Below, in pieces: positions 29,980 to 40,573 of a stretch of DNA of 64,000 nt. Below the pieces are notes generated by a model, which saw nothing but the letters and a program-made list of their open reading frames with translations, ran no database searches and had not been told where the DNA came from. Within the stretch, counting starts at the first letter, position 1. The number at the start of each line of letters is the position of its first letter. The stretch is from assembly GCA_038242205.1 (NCBI GenBank), contig JBBSSI010000013.1, positions 333 through 64,332 of the forward strand, in the 5' to 3' direction. Both the position numbers and the translations under genes were made by a program. Origin of the DNA: Lysobacterales bacterium (lineage in GTDB: Bacteria; Pseudomonadota; Gammaproteobacteria; Xanthomonadales; Rhodanobacteraceae).

Positions 29980-31208
29980 ACGATTTGCGGACCCACGCCG
30001 TTGCGATCACCGGCATGGGCGCGATCAGCGTCTTCGGCGAGGGTGCCGGGCCGCTTTGGAGCGCGCTGCGCGAAGGGCGTACTGGCATTGCTCCGCTGCG
30101 GCACGAGCGCGCGGCTGAGCTGCGGGTCAAAGTTGCCGCGCAGGTTCCCGAGACGTTCGACCCGGACGCGCACTTCGATAAACGCCTGCTGCCGCTGCTG
30201 GACCGCACCTCGCAGTTCGCGCTGCTGGCCGCCAACGAGGCAGTGCGACAGTCCGGTCTCGAGTTCGGCGACGACACGCTGTCCTTACGCACGGGCGTTG
30301 TTGTGGGTACCGCGATAGGCGGAGAAACCACGCATGACGAGCAGAGTCGCAGACTCTACGCGGATAACGCTACGCGAGCCCACCCGCTGGCCATTGTCAG
30401 GCTCATGGCCAATGCGCCCGTTAGTCATATCAGCATGGTGCACGGACTGCGCGGCCCGTGCTTTGCAGTGGCCAGCGCCTGCGCCTCGGCCAACCACGCA
30501 ATTGCCCAGGCGGCGCTGATGATCCGCGCCGGCCTGATTGATGTGGCAATCGCAGGTGGCAGCGAAGCCTGCCTGACCTACAGCGCGCTGCGAGCGTGGG
30601 AAGCGATGCGCGTGCTTGCCGACGATACCTGCCGCCCGTTCACCGCCCATCGTCGCGGCCTTGTCCTTGGCGAGGGTGCGGGCATGTTTGTACTGGAATC
30701 CATGGCCTACGCGCGTGCCCGCGGCGCGACGCTGCTGGGTGAACTTGCCGGGGCAGGCATGAGCGCGGATGCCGGTGACATCGTCGCGCCCGATCCGGCT
30801 GGCAGCGCGTGTGCGATGCGCCAGGCCCTGGCCGATAGCGGACTCGCGCCGCAGGACATCGACTATATCAATGCGCACGGGACCGCTACGCAAGCCAATG
30901 ACGTCAACGAGACGCTCGCCATCCACCGTGTGTTTGGCTCTCATGCCGCTTCGCTTGCGGTGTCGTCAACCAAGTCAATGCACGGACATGCGCTGGGTGC
31001 ATCCGGCGCACTGGAACTGATTGCAGTGCTCGGCGCCATGCGCGATGCCGTCGTGCCACCCACGGCAAACTTCGATGAAGCGGATCCTGCCTGCGACCTC
31101 GATTACGTGCCCAACGTCGCGCGGCCCATGCGCGTGCGCGCTGCGTTGAGCAACTCATTCGCCTTTGGCGGCCTCAACGCGGTGTTGGCGATACGTGCGA
31201 CCAACTGA
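29976..31208 (+). CDS. Beta-ketoacyl-ACP synthase (FabF/NodE-like)
   Basis: SACASA catalytic Cys, NAHGT, KSMHGH, SNSFAFGG. Confidence 0.92.
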   Translation: MNDLRTHAVAITGMGAISVFGEGAGPLWSALREGRTGIAPLRHERAAELRVKVAAQVPETFDPDAHFDKRLLPLLDRTSQFALLAANEAVRQSGLEFGDDTLSLRTGVVVGTAIGGETTHDEQSRRLYADNATRAHPLAIVRLMANAPVSHISMVHGLRGPCFAVASACASANHAIAQAALMIRAGLIDVAIAGGSEACLTYSALRAWEAMRVLADDTCRPFTAHRRGLVLGEGAGMFVLESMAYARARGATLLGELAGAGMSADAGDIVAPDPAGSACAMRQALADSGLAPQDIDYINAHGTATQANDVNETLAIHRVFGSHAASLAVSSTKSMHGHALGASGALELIAVLGAMRDAVVPPTANFDEADPACDLDYVPNVARPMRVRAALSNSFAFGGLNAVLAIRATN

Positions 31209-31247
31209 TTCATGCCGGGCGTGCCGCGCTCGGCCAGGGACTGCAAG

Positions 31248-32315
31248 ATGACCTACATCGCTCAACTTGAACCGGAGGCTCTGCTTGATGAGTTTCTTGC
31301 TCATCCGCCCGTGGGATTTCTTGCCGAACGTTCTATCTCGGGCATGCCCACTTTCGTGACGCAGTTCGATCTGTTGACCACTGCCGATGACGCGCTGCGC
31401 AGTCGCGTGACCCACCTTCCGGGATATCGCCATTGGGGACGCTGGCTGCGCTGGCGCACACGCTTTGCAGGGTGCACCGTTACCGAATACGCGCCGCTCC
31501 CATGCGGTCCTTCGGCCGCGGTCCTGGCCGATGGCCTGCTCGGCCGTTTTCGAAATGACTGCGCACTGTTGGTGGTAAAGGACATAGCGCACGCATCACC
31601 GCTGCTCAGCAAGCGCGCCAACGCCTACGCGGATGAGTTCGCGCGAGAGTGCGAAGCTCGTGGCTGCGTGCTGCTGGAGGGAATGGCGTTAGCCTGGGTG
31701 CCGATAGATTTCGACACGATCGACGACTACCTCGGGCATCTTTCGCACAGCCGGCGCAAAAGCATCCGCCGCAAACTGCGCTCGAGGCGAACCCTGCAGA
31801 TCGATTGCGTCCGCACTGGCGCAACCTGCTTCGATGACGAGAATCTGCGAGCCCGGTACTACGCGCTTTATCGCAACGTGTATGAGCAAAGTGAGATCCA
31901 CTTTGATCTGCTCAGCGAAGCCTTTTTCAGCGCAGTGTTGCGCGACAGGACAAGCGGTGGTTGCGTGTTTACCTATCGCCAAGGGGGCGCCTTGATCGGC
32001 TGGAACCTCTGCTACGAGCACGACGGCATGTTGATCGACAAATACGTCGGCTTTGCCTATCCAGCGGCGCGCGAGCACAACCTTTACGTAGTGAGCTGGA
32101 TGGAGAACCTGGAGTATGCGCGTCGTCGCGGCCTGAGCCATTACGTTGCTGGCTGGACCGATAGCGAAATCAAGCGCGAACTCGGTGCGCGCTTTTGCAC
32201 TACCCGGCATGCCGTATACGTTCGCAATCCGCTGCTGCGCTTCATCTTCCGCCGCATGTCGCACTCGTTTGAAGGCGCGCCGCTGCAGGCTGCAACTCTA
32301 GCGGCAGTGGCATGA
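31248..32315 (+). CDS. GNAT/FemAB-fold acyl or aminoacyl transferase
   Basis: DDYLGHLSHSRRKSIRRK, DKYVGF, YVAGWTD..IKRELGA. Confidence 0.75.
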   Translation: MTYIAQLEPEALLDEFLAHPPVGFLAERSISGMPTFVTQFDLLTTADDALRSRVTHLPGYRHWGRWLRWRTRFAGCTVTEYAPLPCGPSAAVLADGLLGRFRNDCALLVVKDIAHASPLLSKRANAYADEFARECEARGCVLLEGMALAWVPIDFDTIDDYLGHLSHSRRKSIRRKLRSRRTLQIDCVRTGATCFDDENLRARYYALYRNVYEQSEIHFDLLSEAFFSAVLRDRTSGGCVFTYRQGGALIGWNLCYEHDGMLIDKYVGFAYPAAREHNLYVVSWMENLEYARRRGLSHYVAGWTDSEIKRELGARFCTTRHAVYVRNPLLRFIFRRMSHSFEGAPLQAATLAAVA

Positions 32316-33187
32316 AGCATACCGTCGTACTCGACCTTGATGGCTCCATCGGAGCGCTGCCCAACCGACGCGTGGTGCCGCTGGGGCAATGGCAGGAAGC
32401 GCTGCGTTTTGGCTGTTCACTGGGCATGCTCCGCCGTTTTCGGCCGGCCCTCAAAGCGGCTCTGGCCGATCCGTATGCCACGGTGATGCTTGGTAGCGGC
32501 GACTTCCACCATTTGAGCTGGCCCTTGATCGAGCGGGTATCCAGCCGCAAGCCATTCCAGGTAGTGGTACTGGACAACCATCCAGACAACATGCGCTTTC
32601 CGTTCGGCGTGCACTGCGGCTCGTGGGTGCGCCAGGTGGCGCTGATGCCCGAGGTCAGTCACGTGCACGTGGTGGGCATCTGCTCGCGCGACATTGGATG
32701 CCGCCACGCCTGGGAGAACTATCTCACCCCGCTGCGCCGAGGCAAGCTCAGCTACTGGAGCGCGGGCGTGAACGTGGGCTGGGCGCGGGCTGCTGGTGTC
32801 AGCCACGCGTTTCATGCGTTCGACACGGTCGGCTCGATGACCGACGCCTTCTGCGAGAGACAGCGTGCCTGGCCGCGGCCAACCTACATGTCAATCGACA
32901 AGGATGTGTTTACGCCAAATGTGGCCCGCACGAACTGGGATCAGGGCCAGATGCAGCTGGCGCATGCCGCTGCCATTATCCGCACCCATCGCGACAACCT
33001 GCTTGGCAGCGATATCACCGGAGAGATTTCCGCCTACCGTTATCGCAGCTGGTTGAAGCGAAAACTGTCGGCCATCGACGATCAGCCGTCAGTGGACGAA
33101 GCGGCACTGCAGGAGTGGCAACAGCAGCAGCACCGGCTGAATCTGGTGCTGTTGTCCATGCTGCATCCAACGTGCATGAATGATTGA
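32312..33187 (+). CDS. Arginase/deacetylase-fold metallohydrolase
   Basis: GSGDFHH, DNHPD (DxHxD), SIDKDV (DxD). Confidence 0.8.
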   Translation: MKHTVVLDLDGSIGALPNRRVVPLGQWQEALRFGCSLGMLRRFRPALKAALADPYATVMLGSGDFHHLSWPLIERVSSRKPFQVVVLDNHPDNMRFPFGVHCGSWVRQVALMPEVSHVHVVGICSRDIGCRHAWENYLTPLRRGKLSYWSAGVNVGWARAAGVSHAFHAFDTVGSMTDAFCERQRAWPRPTYMSIDKDVFTPNVARTNWDQGQMQLAHAAAIIRTHRDNLLGSDITGEISAYRYRSWLKRKLSAIDDQPSVDEAALQEWQQQQHRLNLVLLSMLHPTCMND

Positions 33188-33492
33188 GCACCGTGCTACG
33201 CGGCGGGGTGCTGACCGCTTCGCGGCGTCGCGCGCGTTCGCCGGAGGCTACGGCATATGGTCGCATGCATGCTGGTGTTGGCAGCGGCAGCGGCAGCGGC
33301 CGTGCCATGGTTGCGGCAATTCTCGCGACAGCACGGGTGAACGGCGCGGCAGAAAGCCCAACCCTGCGCATCGCCTTCGCATGGAGCATCGTGCGCCGCG
33401 ACAACGGTGGCGAAACCCTGCCCGCCTCGGTAGACACGCAGCCTGGCAGGCGAACGCGGTTTGCTCGTTCGCTCGCAGCGATGCCGGGCGCC

Positions 33493-34707
33493 TCAGCGCA
33501 GCACGTGCTCAAGCGTGCGACAGATGTGCGCGAAACCAGCCTCGTCCAGCCATGGACTGTTGCTGATGGTGAGACTTCGACGGGCGAAGGCGCGCGCGTT
33601 TGGCATCGCCACTTGCGGCACGCGATCGGCAAGGTAAGCGTAGTCAGGCAGCGCGTGCACAAATAGCCGGCTGACGCCCAAACCCGTGGTCCACAAAGCC
33701 GTCAGCGCTGCATCGCAGGTCTCGGCAGAGGGCAGGCGCAGCAGCAGGAAAGGCCAACTGCCCTGCTCGTGTGCTGCGGCGCCGAACACGTGTACGCGCG
33801 TAATTGCGCGCAGCCTTGCGATTCGCGCCTGCGCCAGATGACGGCCATGCGCGAGGAATTCAGGTAACCGCATCGCAGCACGTGCGCCTACGCCCTGGCG
33901 CCAGCGCCCCACTTGATGCAGCGGAATCGTTCGTGGGAAATCATCGCCGACGGCAGCTACCGGATCGCCGCGTCGCAGCGCGCGGCGCAGCGGCCAGCCA
34001 TAGGCAAGACGCAAACCGCTTGGCCGATACAGGACGGCCAGACCAAGCAGTTCGATTGACCGACGCAGCTCCCAGGGCAGGCTGTACGGCACGGTTTCCG
34101 CCGCGGTGCGGGCGAGCGCCTCGCGCAGTGACGCATCGCGCGCCACCAGCAAACCGCCCTCGTAGATGGACAAACCCTTGCCGATGGAAAGACTGAAGAA
34201 GCCCACATCGCCGCGCAAGCCTACGCTGGCATCATGGTCGCGCGCACCCAGCGCCTGCGCGGCGTCTTCGATCACCCACGCGCCGACCGCTCGGGCGGCG
34301 GCCACTGCGGCGTCGACATCCGCCACCAGTCCACCAAGATGCGTGGGAATGACTGCCAGTGTGCGGGTGTCGCATGCCGCGGCGAGTGCGTGTGGATCCA
34401 TGTCGAAATGGCCCGCGCGCGAGTCACACAGGCGTAGTTCCAGGCCCAGACTGTGCACGACAATTGCCACCAGCGGGCAGGTGTAGGCCGGTACCACCAC
34501 CACGCGGCGATCCGGCGCCATGGCACTCAGCGTTTTCAGCGCAAGCAAAAGTGCGACGGTGCCAGAGCAGGTCAGTAGCAGCGGTGGCGTGCCGAGCTGC
34601 TGCGCCAGGATCTCGACCAGCGACGCGTGGCTGCCGGGCAACAGGTCCGACAGCCGCAGCGGAAGCCCGGCAGTTGGCGGGACTTCACCATAGTTGCGGC
34701 CGGCCAT
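33493..34707 (-). CDS. DegT/DnrJ/ArnB-family PLP aminotransferase
   Basis: SGTVAL, VPAYTC, IEDAAQA, FFSLSIGKGL..EGG. Confidence 0.88.
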   Translation of the reverse strand: MAGRNYGEVPPTAGLPLRLSDLLPGSHASLVEILAQQLGTPPLLLTCSGTVALLLALKTLSAMAPDRRVVVVPAYTCPLVAIVVHSLGLELRLCDSRAGHFDMDPHALAAACDTRTLAVIPTHLGGLVADVDAAVAAARAVGAWVIEDAAQALGARDHDASVGLRGDVGFFSLSIGKGLSIYEGGLLVARDASLREALARTAAETVPYSLPWELRRSIELLGLAVLYRPSGLRLAYGWPLRRALRRGDPVAAVGDDFPRTIPLHQVGRWRQGVGARAAMRLPEFLAHGRHLAQARIARLRAITRVHVFGAAAHEQGSWPFLLLRLPSAETCDAALTALWTTGLGVSRLFVHALPDYAYLADRVPQVAMPNARAFARRSLTISNSPWLDEAGFAHICRTLEHVLR

Positions 34708-34710
34708 GGC

Positions 34711-35100
34711 TTACAGCTCAGCCGCATCGGGTGACAGTCGCTCGGCCATTCCCAGGCAAACTATGCCCGCCAGGATGGCCAGCGCGCCTATCACCTTGGG
34801 GATGGTCAGCGTCTCGTGGAACAGCCAGACCGACAGCAACATCACGCTGACGACCTCCAGGTGCGAGGCAGCAAACGCCGGTCCGATCGGCGCGTGCTTG
34901 AGCAGGCTCATCCAGGTGAAGAACGCGCCGAGGTAGCCGATCACGGCCCCGTACACCCATGGCTGGTCGAATACCCGCAGCAGCCACGCGAGGTTGGCCT
35001 CGACTGGCAACGCGTGGTTGCCGGCCAGCTTGAACGACACCTGGGTGAGCGTGTCCAGTGACAGCAGCAGCGCGAACCCGAAAAGATAAAAGCGCCTCAT
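34711..35100 (-). CDS. EamA/SMR-type small membrane protein (ArnF-like)
   Basis: 4 TM helices, WMSLLKHAPIGPAF, LFHETLT. Confidence 0.8.
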   Translation of the reverse strand: MRRFYLFGFALLLSLDTLTQVSFKLAGNHALPVEANLAWLLRVFDQPWVYGAVIGYLGAFFTWMSLLKHAPIGPAFAASHLEVVSVMLLSVWLFHETLTIPKVIGALAILAGIVCLGMAERLSPDAAEL

Positions 35101-35456
35101 GCACCCAACCCCACGATCGCCACACCGAGGCTCACCAGAATGATCCCGGTCACGCGCAGGCGCGTGAGCTTTTCGCCAAACAGGAAACGGCCTGCGAGCA
35201 TGATCGCAACAATATTGATGGAGCCCAGCAGCACGCCTTCGGACAGCGGCAGCAGCGACAGGAACGCAATCCACACCAGAAACTCGAACACATAACAGCC
35301 AATGCCGAGCCACAGCCACGGCCGATGGGCCATGTAGCGCCAGCGAGCCAGACCGTCGCCCGCGGCCGGATCACCCGCAGCCGCCTTGAATGCGAGCTGG
35401 CCACCGGTGTCCAGCAGCACATTGGCCAGCCATAACACGACGGTGAGCAGTGGCAC
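35097..35456 (-). CDS. EamA/SMR-type small membrane protein (ArnE-like)
   Basis: GQLAFKAA, FLSLLPLS, LFGEKLT. Overlaps its partner by 4 bp. Confidence 0.8.
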   Translation of the reverse strand: MPLLTVVLWLANVLLDTGGQLAFKAAAGDPAAGDGLARWRYMAHRPWLWLGIGCYVFEFLVWIAFLSLLPLSEGVLLGSINIVAIMLAGRFLFGEKLTRLRVTGIILVSLGVAIVGLGA

Positions 35457-36293
35457 TCAGGCAGCCTCGGCGCACGCCGCACGGGCGGTGACAATGCCGT
35501 CGAAGAAAGCCGCCGAATGCTCAATGACCGTGCGTCGCTGCTTGTCGATGGTGATCATGTGGTAGCTGTCGGCGAGCAGCAACAATTCGGTCCGCGCACT
35601 CACCCCGAGCAGCACGCGTTCGGCGTTGCGTACGCTCGCCACGTCGTCATGGCTGGCGTGGGCGACCAGGCAAGGCGCAGTGACCTGCCGCAGTTGCCGG
35701 CGCACGCGGGCGGAAAGCTGCTGCAGCTCGGCGAGCGCGTACCACGGATTGCCCAACAAGCCTGCAACTGTGCTGTCGCCGCTGAGCATGGCGGCGCTGA
35801 TCTGCGCCCGCAGCCGCTCGTCGCGAATGCCGTAGGGCGGGCGTTCGAGGAAGGCACGGCCGCGGCCAATGCCCAACCGCTTCAACGTCGGCAGCAGGAA
35901 TGACAATCGTGCAATCCACGGAATGCTCCAGCCGTCGTAGCGGAACGTCGCGCCGTAAACGCCGACGCCGGCTATCTGCCCCGGGCGATCGGCGGCGAGC
36001 TTGAGCGCAAGCAGCGCGCCCATCGACAGCCCGCCCACGAACAGATGATCGACACGCTGCAACAGGTGGTCAGCTGCCTGCTCCACGCTGGCATACCAGT
36101 CGTGCCAATTGGTGGCAAGCAGATCCTCGACGTCGCCACAATGGCCGGCCAGCTGCATGGCATACACCGTGAAGCCGGCGTGGTTCAGGCCCTTGGCGAG
36201 CAGGCGCATCTCGTTCGGCGTTCCGGTGAGCCCGTGGATCAGCAGCACGCCGCGGCGGTCGCCCTCAAGCAGGAAATCAGTGGCCTTGATCAC
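35457..36293 (-). CDS. Alpha/beta hydrolase (carboxylesterase/lipase)
   Basis: HGLTG, GLSMG nucleophile elbow, DDVA, SYH. Confidence 0.9.
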   Translation of the reverse strand: MIKATDFLLEGDRRGVLLIHGLTGTPNEMRLLAKGLNHAGFTVYAMQLAGHCGDVEDLLATNWHDWYASVEQAADHLLQRVDHLFVGGLSMGALLALKLAADRPGQIAGVGVYGATFRYDGWSIPWIARLSFLLPTLKRLGIGRGRAFLERPPYGIRDERLRAQISAAMLSGDSTVAGLLGNPWYALAELQQLSARVRRQLRQVTAPCLVAHASHDDVASVRNAERVLLGVSARTELLLLADSYHMITIDKQRRTVIEHSAAFFDGIVTARAACAEAA

Positions 36294-36335
36294 GACAAGC
36301 TCCGGTGGGTTGAACGTGCGCGTCGCGCCGTGTGT

Positions 36336-37268
36336 TCAATGCGGCGAATCCGCGGACAGGGCGGGAGCAGGCGTACCGAACTGCACGAGCAATCGCTGGC
36401 CGATGCGCAGATGCTGCGGTTGGTCGAACGTCAGCACGCAGCTGACGGTGCGCTCGTTGAGTCGCTGCTGGGGATCATCAGCCAGCGTGGACGGCCCAAC
36501 CACGTTACCGACGCGCGTGACGTGCGCCGGCCAGCGCTGGCCTGCGCCACCGCCGTCGCTGCTGACCACGGCCGGCATGCCCACCTTTACTGCGTCAACC
36601 AAGGCCTCGCTGAGCTCGGCGCGCACGATCGGCGGCGTTTGCGGCAGCAGGGTAAACAAGCTGCCGGAGTCCGGCGACACGCTGGCGCCGGGCTGGGCCG
36701 AAACGCCAATCACCTGCGCATCGATCGGCGCGCGCAACGCGCGCAGCTGAAGTTCGTAACGTGCGCCCTGCAGCTTCTGCTGCGCCATGTTGACTGCGGC
36801 GCGGGCTGAAACCTGGTGCGCTGCCAGTTCGGCAACCGCGCCCTGCGCCATATCTGCGCTTTGCGCATCACCAGCGCCGGCTTTGGCCGCTTCGCCCAGG
36901 CGCTGTGCTTGCTGACGGGCAAGCGCCCACTTGCCTTTGAGCAGATCGACTTCAGCCTGCGCCTGCGCCAGCGCCGCTTCAGCCGCGTGCACCTGCAGCG
37001 TGGCCGGCTCCGCGTCCATGCTGGCAAGCACCTGGCCCTTGTTGACGCGATCACCTTCATGCACGGCCACGCTGACCAGGGTGCCGGCGCGCGGCGCACC
37101 CATTTGCAGCAGCCCACCTTGCACTTCCACGCGACCGCGTGCCATGGCGACATACGCCGGCGTGGCGGCAGTGACGTCGGCAGCGGGCATGCGGCTGGAG
37201 CAGCCGGCGATCAGCATCGGGGCAATGGTGGCGCCGATCAGCGTGCGCAGCGGAGAGGAAAGAATCAT
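36336..37268 (-). CDS. HlyD/MacA-type periplasmic adaptor (lipoprotein)
   Basis: Lipobox IAGC, VHEGDRVNKGQVL, LRAPIDA. Confidence 0.88.
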   Translation of the reverse strand: MILSSPLRTLIGATIAPMLIAGCSSRMPAADVTAATPAYVAMARGRVEVQGGLLQMGAPRAGTLVSVAVHEGDRVNKGQVLASMDAEPATLQVHAAEAALAQAQAEVDLLKGKWALARQQAQRLGEAAKAGAGDAQSADMAQGAVAELAAHQVSARAAVNMAQQKLQGARYELQLRALRAPIDAQVIGVSAQPGASVSPDSGSLFTLLPQTPPIVRAELSEALVDAVKVGMPAVVSSDGGGAGQRWPAHVTRVGNVVGPSTLADDPQQRLNERTVSCVLTFDQPQHLRIGQRLLVQFGTPAPALSADSPH

Positions 37269-37284
37269 GCGGCTATTCCTTTGA

Positions 37285-38019
37285 TCACAACGAACGAACC
37301 GCGGGCCGTTTGTCACTGAGTACGCGACCGTCTTCCATCGAAATCACCCGGTCGGCGTGGCGGACAAGACGCGAGTCGTGGCTGACGCACAGCACGGTGG
37401 TGTCGTGCAAACGCGCAATGCGGTGAAGCAGATCGATGATGATCTGGCCGTTTTCTGCATCCAGCGAGCTGGTGGGTTCATCGGCAAACAGCAACTCCGG
37501 CTGCTTGGCCAGCGCGCGGGCGATCGCCACGCGCTGTTTCTCGCCGCCGGACAGTTCCGCTGGCCGCAAGTGCATGCGATGGGCGAGCCCGACCTCTTCG
37601 AGCGATTGGGCTGCGCGGTCACGGGCTTGTGCACGACCAAGCCCGAGGTAGTCCAGTGGCAACTCGACTTGCTCCAACGCGGTCAATGCGGGAAACAGAT
37701 TGAAGCCCTGGAACACGAATCCGGTGTGATGCAAACGAAAGCGCTCGAGTGCGCGGCTGTCGAGGCGTGCGAGATCGCTGCCCAGTGCCGTCACACGTCC
37801 GGCATCCACCGGCTGCAAGCCGCTGAGAATGGCCAGCAGCGTGCTCTTGCCACAGCCCGAAGGACCGGAGATGAGCGTCAGTTCAGCCGGTTCAATCCGC
37901 AGCGATAGATTCTCGAGCACCTGCGTGCGTACGCGTCCGGAGACGAAGGCCTTGGCGATACCTTCAGCCTGCAGTGCCGGCATCGTGGCGATCAGTTCGA
38001 TATGCAGGGCGGCGTTCAT
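37285..38019 (-). CDS. ABC ATPase (LolD/MacB type)
   Basis: GPSGCGKST, LSGGEKQR, ADEPT. Confidence 0.92.
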   Translation of the reverse strand: MNAALHIELIATMPALQAEGIAKAFVSGRVRTQVLENLSLRIEPAELTLISGPSGCGKSTLLAILSGLQPVDAGRVTALGSDLARLDSRALERFRLHHTGFVFQGFNLFPALTALEQVELPLDYLGLGRAQARDRAAQSLEEVGLAHRMHLRPAELSGGEKQRVAIARALAKQPELLFADEPTSSLDAENGQIIIDLLHRIARLHDTTVLCVSHDSRLVRHADRVISMEDGRVLSDKRPAVRSL

Positions 38020-39149
38020 CGCAGCAAGCTCGCCGGATCGGCGCGCCGCAGGCTGCGCATTGCGACCAGTCCGGAGACCGCCGCCAATACCATCGCCAGC
38101 AGCACGCAGGCGAGAGAGACCGGAAGATTGATGACTACCGGCACGTCCTGGCTCTGCGCCAGGGCCAGCACCAGGATGCCCAGCACGGTGGCGCCGGCCA
38201 GGCCGAGCGCCCCCACCCAAAACGCCTGTTCCAGCACCACCCAGCGCAGGTTGCCCACGCCGACGCCGAGCGCGTTGAGTGTGGCGTATTCGCGCAGCGA
38301 GCCCGCTACGGCGCCCATCAGTGTCTGGCTGGTGATGACGGCGCCGACCAGAAACACGATGCCCGCCAGAAAAGCCACGCCGGCTCCGGCGCCCGTATCC
38401 AGCATCCAGTACAGCACCGAACGGCGGGCGAAGGATTTGGCCGTCCAGACCTGGTAGGGCGCGAAACCCAGACGGTCTTGCAGACGGCGCGCCACCGCAT
38501 CGGCCTGGGCCGGATGGGTGATGCTGGCCACGAGGTACGTCGGGCGGCCGCTGTCGTTTGGATCGGGGTCAAGCGCGCGCGCGGTGTCCAGCGAGCTCAC
38601 GATGTTGGCGCCGCCGAGCGCGCGCAGCCCGGACGCGACGCCGACCACGCGCACGCGGTGGCCGTTGATCGCCGCCATTTCGCCCACGCTGGCGCCGAGC
38701 TTGTCAAGGTCGGCGCGGTCGACTATGACGGCATCCGGTTCGTCCAGGCGTGCCCGCAGCTGAGGCGTGAGCGCGTGCGCAAACATCAGCGCATCGGCTC
38801 GCGGATCAATGCCGGATACAAAAACCGACTGACCACCGGTGCCGTGCGGACCACGCCAGTCAGCATCCACCCAGAGGAACGGCTCCACGCGCTTGACTGC
38901 CGGATCCATGCGCAGTCGCATCGCCACGTCCGGATCAATCGCACGCCCCAGGTTGACACTCTGCGTGCCCGGATAACCCACCCACAAATCGGCCGACGAG
39001 CCGGTGACATACACGCTGGCGCTGCCGAAAATTCCCAGCACCAGCGCCGCCTGCAGCAGCTGCAGCAGTCCGGCGAAGCCAACGGCGACAATAGCTGGAA
39101 GGAACCGGCGCCATTCGTAGATCAGGGTCTTGCGCGCAAGTGCCACCAT
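38016..39149 (-). CDS. ABC permease (MacB/FtsX type)
   Basis: TM, periplasmic domain, then 3 TM; REYATLNALG. Confidence 0.88.
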   Translation of the reverse strand: MVALARKTLIYEWRRFLPAIVAVGFAGLLQLLQAALVLGIFGSASVYVTGSSADLWVGYPGTQSVNLGRAIDPDVAMRLRMDPAVKRVEPFLWVDADWRGPHGTGGQSVFVSGIDPRADALMFAHALTPQLRARLDEPDAVIVDRADLDKLGASVGEMAAINGHRVRVVGVASGLRALGGANIVSSLDTARALDPDPNDSGRPTYLVASITHPAQADAVARRLQDRLGFAPYQVWTAKSFARRSVLYWMLDTGAGAGVAFLAGIVFLVGAVITSQTLMGAVAGSLREYATLNALGVGVGNLRWVVLEQAFWVGALGLAGATVLGILVLALAQSQDVPVVINLPVSLACVLLAMVLAAVSGLVAMRSLRRADPASLLR

Positions 39150-40573
39150 CAGTGGTTCTCCCCGCCAAGCGCCGCTTCCGCAGACGGCGCCGGCTTTTGC
39201 GCATCGTCGGGCAGTGGCGCGCCGCCCAGTGCCTTGTACAAGCTGACAAACGCAATCCCGCGCGCTGCGCGTGCGCTGATGGTGGCGAGCGTGGCCTGGT
39301 TGACCGCCAGCAGGCTGTCGATTGCATCGCTCGGGCTTTGCAGTCCGAGCTGCACGCGTCTGCTGGTAGCCGCCTGCGCGCGCGCCAATGCTGACGCGGC
39401 CAATGCGGTCTGCTGCTCGCGCGCCCGCTGCTGCTCCAGCTGGCCCAGCGCGGTTTCCACCTCGGCCACGGCGTTGAGCACGCTCTGCCGATAGGCAAAT
39501 ACGGCGGCCTTCAGCTCGTGATTCTTGGCGCGCGACTGCGCCTGGAGCAAACCCCAGTCGAACAGCGGGATGGTCAGCACGGGGCCGACCGAGGCGATTG
39601 CGTCGTCCCGGGTTTGGCGATGCGTGGTGAGATTCGTCGACCACAGAATGGAACCACCAATGCCGATGCTGGGAAACAGGTTGGCGTGTGCCAGTCCTGC
39701 GTCGCCTGCAGCGCTGAGTACGTTCGCCTGCGCTCGCGCGATGTCCGGACGCGTGCGCAGCAGGTCGGCGGGCGTGGTGGTCAATGTCAGCGCACCAAGG
39801 TCCGGCAGTGCGGCCGGCGTCAACCATGCCGCGTCCGGCTCGGGCCGCCCGAGCAATGCGGCAAGGCTGTGCGCGCTGGCGTCCGCTGCCTGTGCCGCAT
39901 CGGCGCGGGCAACGGCGGACTCTGCGCGCGCCGCTTCGGCTGCTGCGACCAGGCTCGGTGCGGCCAGATGGAGGTGTTCGCGGACTTGCCACAGTGCCAA
40001 CTGCCTGCTCCGCGCCTGCTCCGCTTGCGTGAGCGAGAGCGTGCGCTGCTGCGCGGCGCGCAGCTCCAACCAGTCGCGTACCACCTCTGCGACCAGCGAC
40101 ACCCGGGCCTGCTGCAGATCAGCCACGGCTGCATCGCGGTTGCCTTGGGCCTGGCGGCGGCTGGCTGTGCCACGACCGAAAAATGGAAACTCCCACATCG
40201 CGTCGAAGCCGGCCACCAGGAAAGACGCGCTCGCATCCGGATCGATGGGATCGTCGGTCTTCGCGACCAGGGAGGGCAGGTAAGGCGCAAGGGCCGACCG
40301 CTCCAGTTCACGCGCCGCCAGCAGGTGTTCGTGCGCCGCGGCCACGTCCAGGTTGTCATGCAGCGCGGTGTCAACCAGCGCATCGAGTTGCGGGTCGTGG
40401 AAAGCGTGCCACCAGCCCCGCAGGTCGACCTTGACCGCGCCAGCCTCCGCGGCGTGGCGCCACTGCGCCGGGATCGATGGCTGCAGTGGCTGCAGTGGTG
40501 CGCTCGCACAGCCGCCCAGCGTCGTGGCCATGACGGCCGCTAGCACGCTCAGACTGGCCGGCAAGCTACGCAT
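39149..40573 (-). CDS. Outer-membrane efflux lipoprotein (OprM/NodT family)
   Basis: Lipobox LGGC, WWHAFHDPQLDALV, PADLLRTRPDI, LYKALGG. Confidence 0.9.
   Translation of the reverse strand: MRSLPASLSVLAAVMATTLGGCASAPLQPLQPSIPAQWRHAAEAGAVKVDLRGWWHAFHDPQLDALVDTALHDNLDVAAAHEHLLAARELERSALAPYLPSLVAKTDDPIDPDASASFLVAGFDAMWEFPFFGRGTASRRQAQGNRDAAVADLQQARVSLVAEVVRDWLELRAAQQRTLSLTQAEQARSRQLALWQVREHLHLAAPSLVAAAEAARAESAVARADAAQAADASAHSLAALLGRPEPDAAWLTPAALPDLGALTLTTTPADLLRTRPDIARAQANVLSAAGDAGLAHANLFPSIGIGGSILWSTNLTTHRQTRDDAIASVGPVLTIPLFDWGLLQAQSRAKNHELKAAVFAYRQSVLNAVAEVETALGQLEQQRAREQQTALAASALARAQAATSRRVQLGLQSPSDAIDSLLAVNQATLATISARAARGIAFVSLYKALGGAPLPDDAQKPAPSAEAALGGENH

Noticed and set aside
33188-33492. 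ORF 33184-33666 and a (GGCAGC)3 run between the convergent operons
   Set aside because: The ORF overlaps the DegT gene antisense and the repeat is too short to be meaningful.
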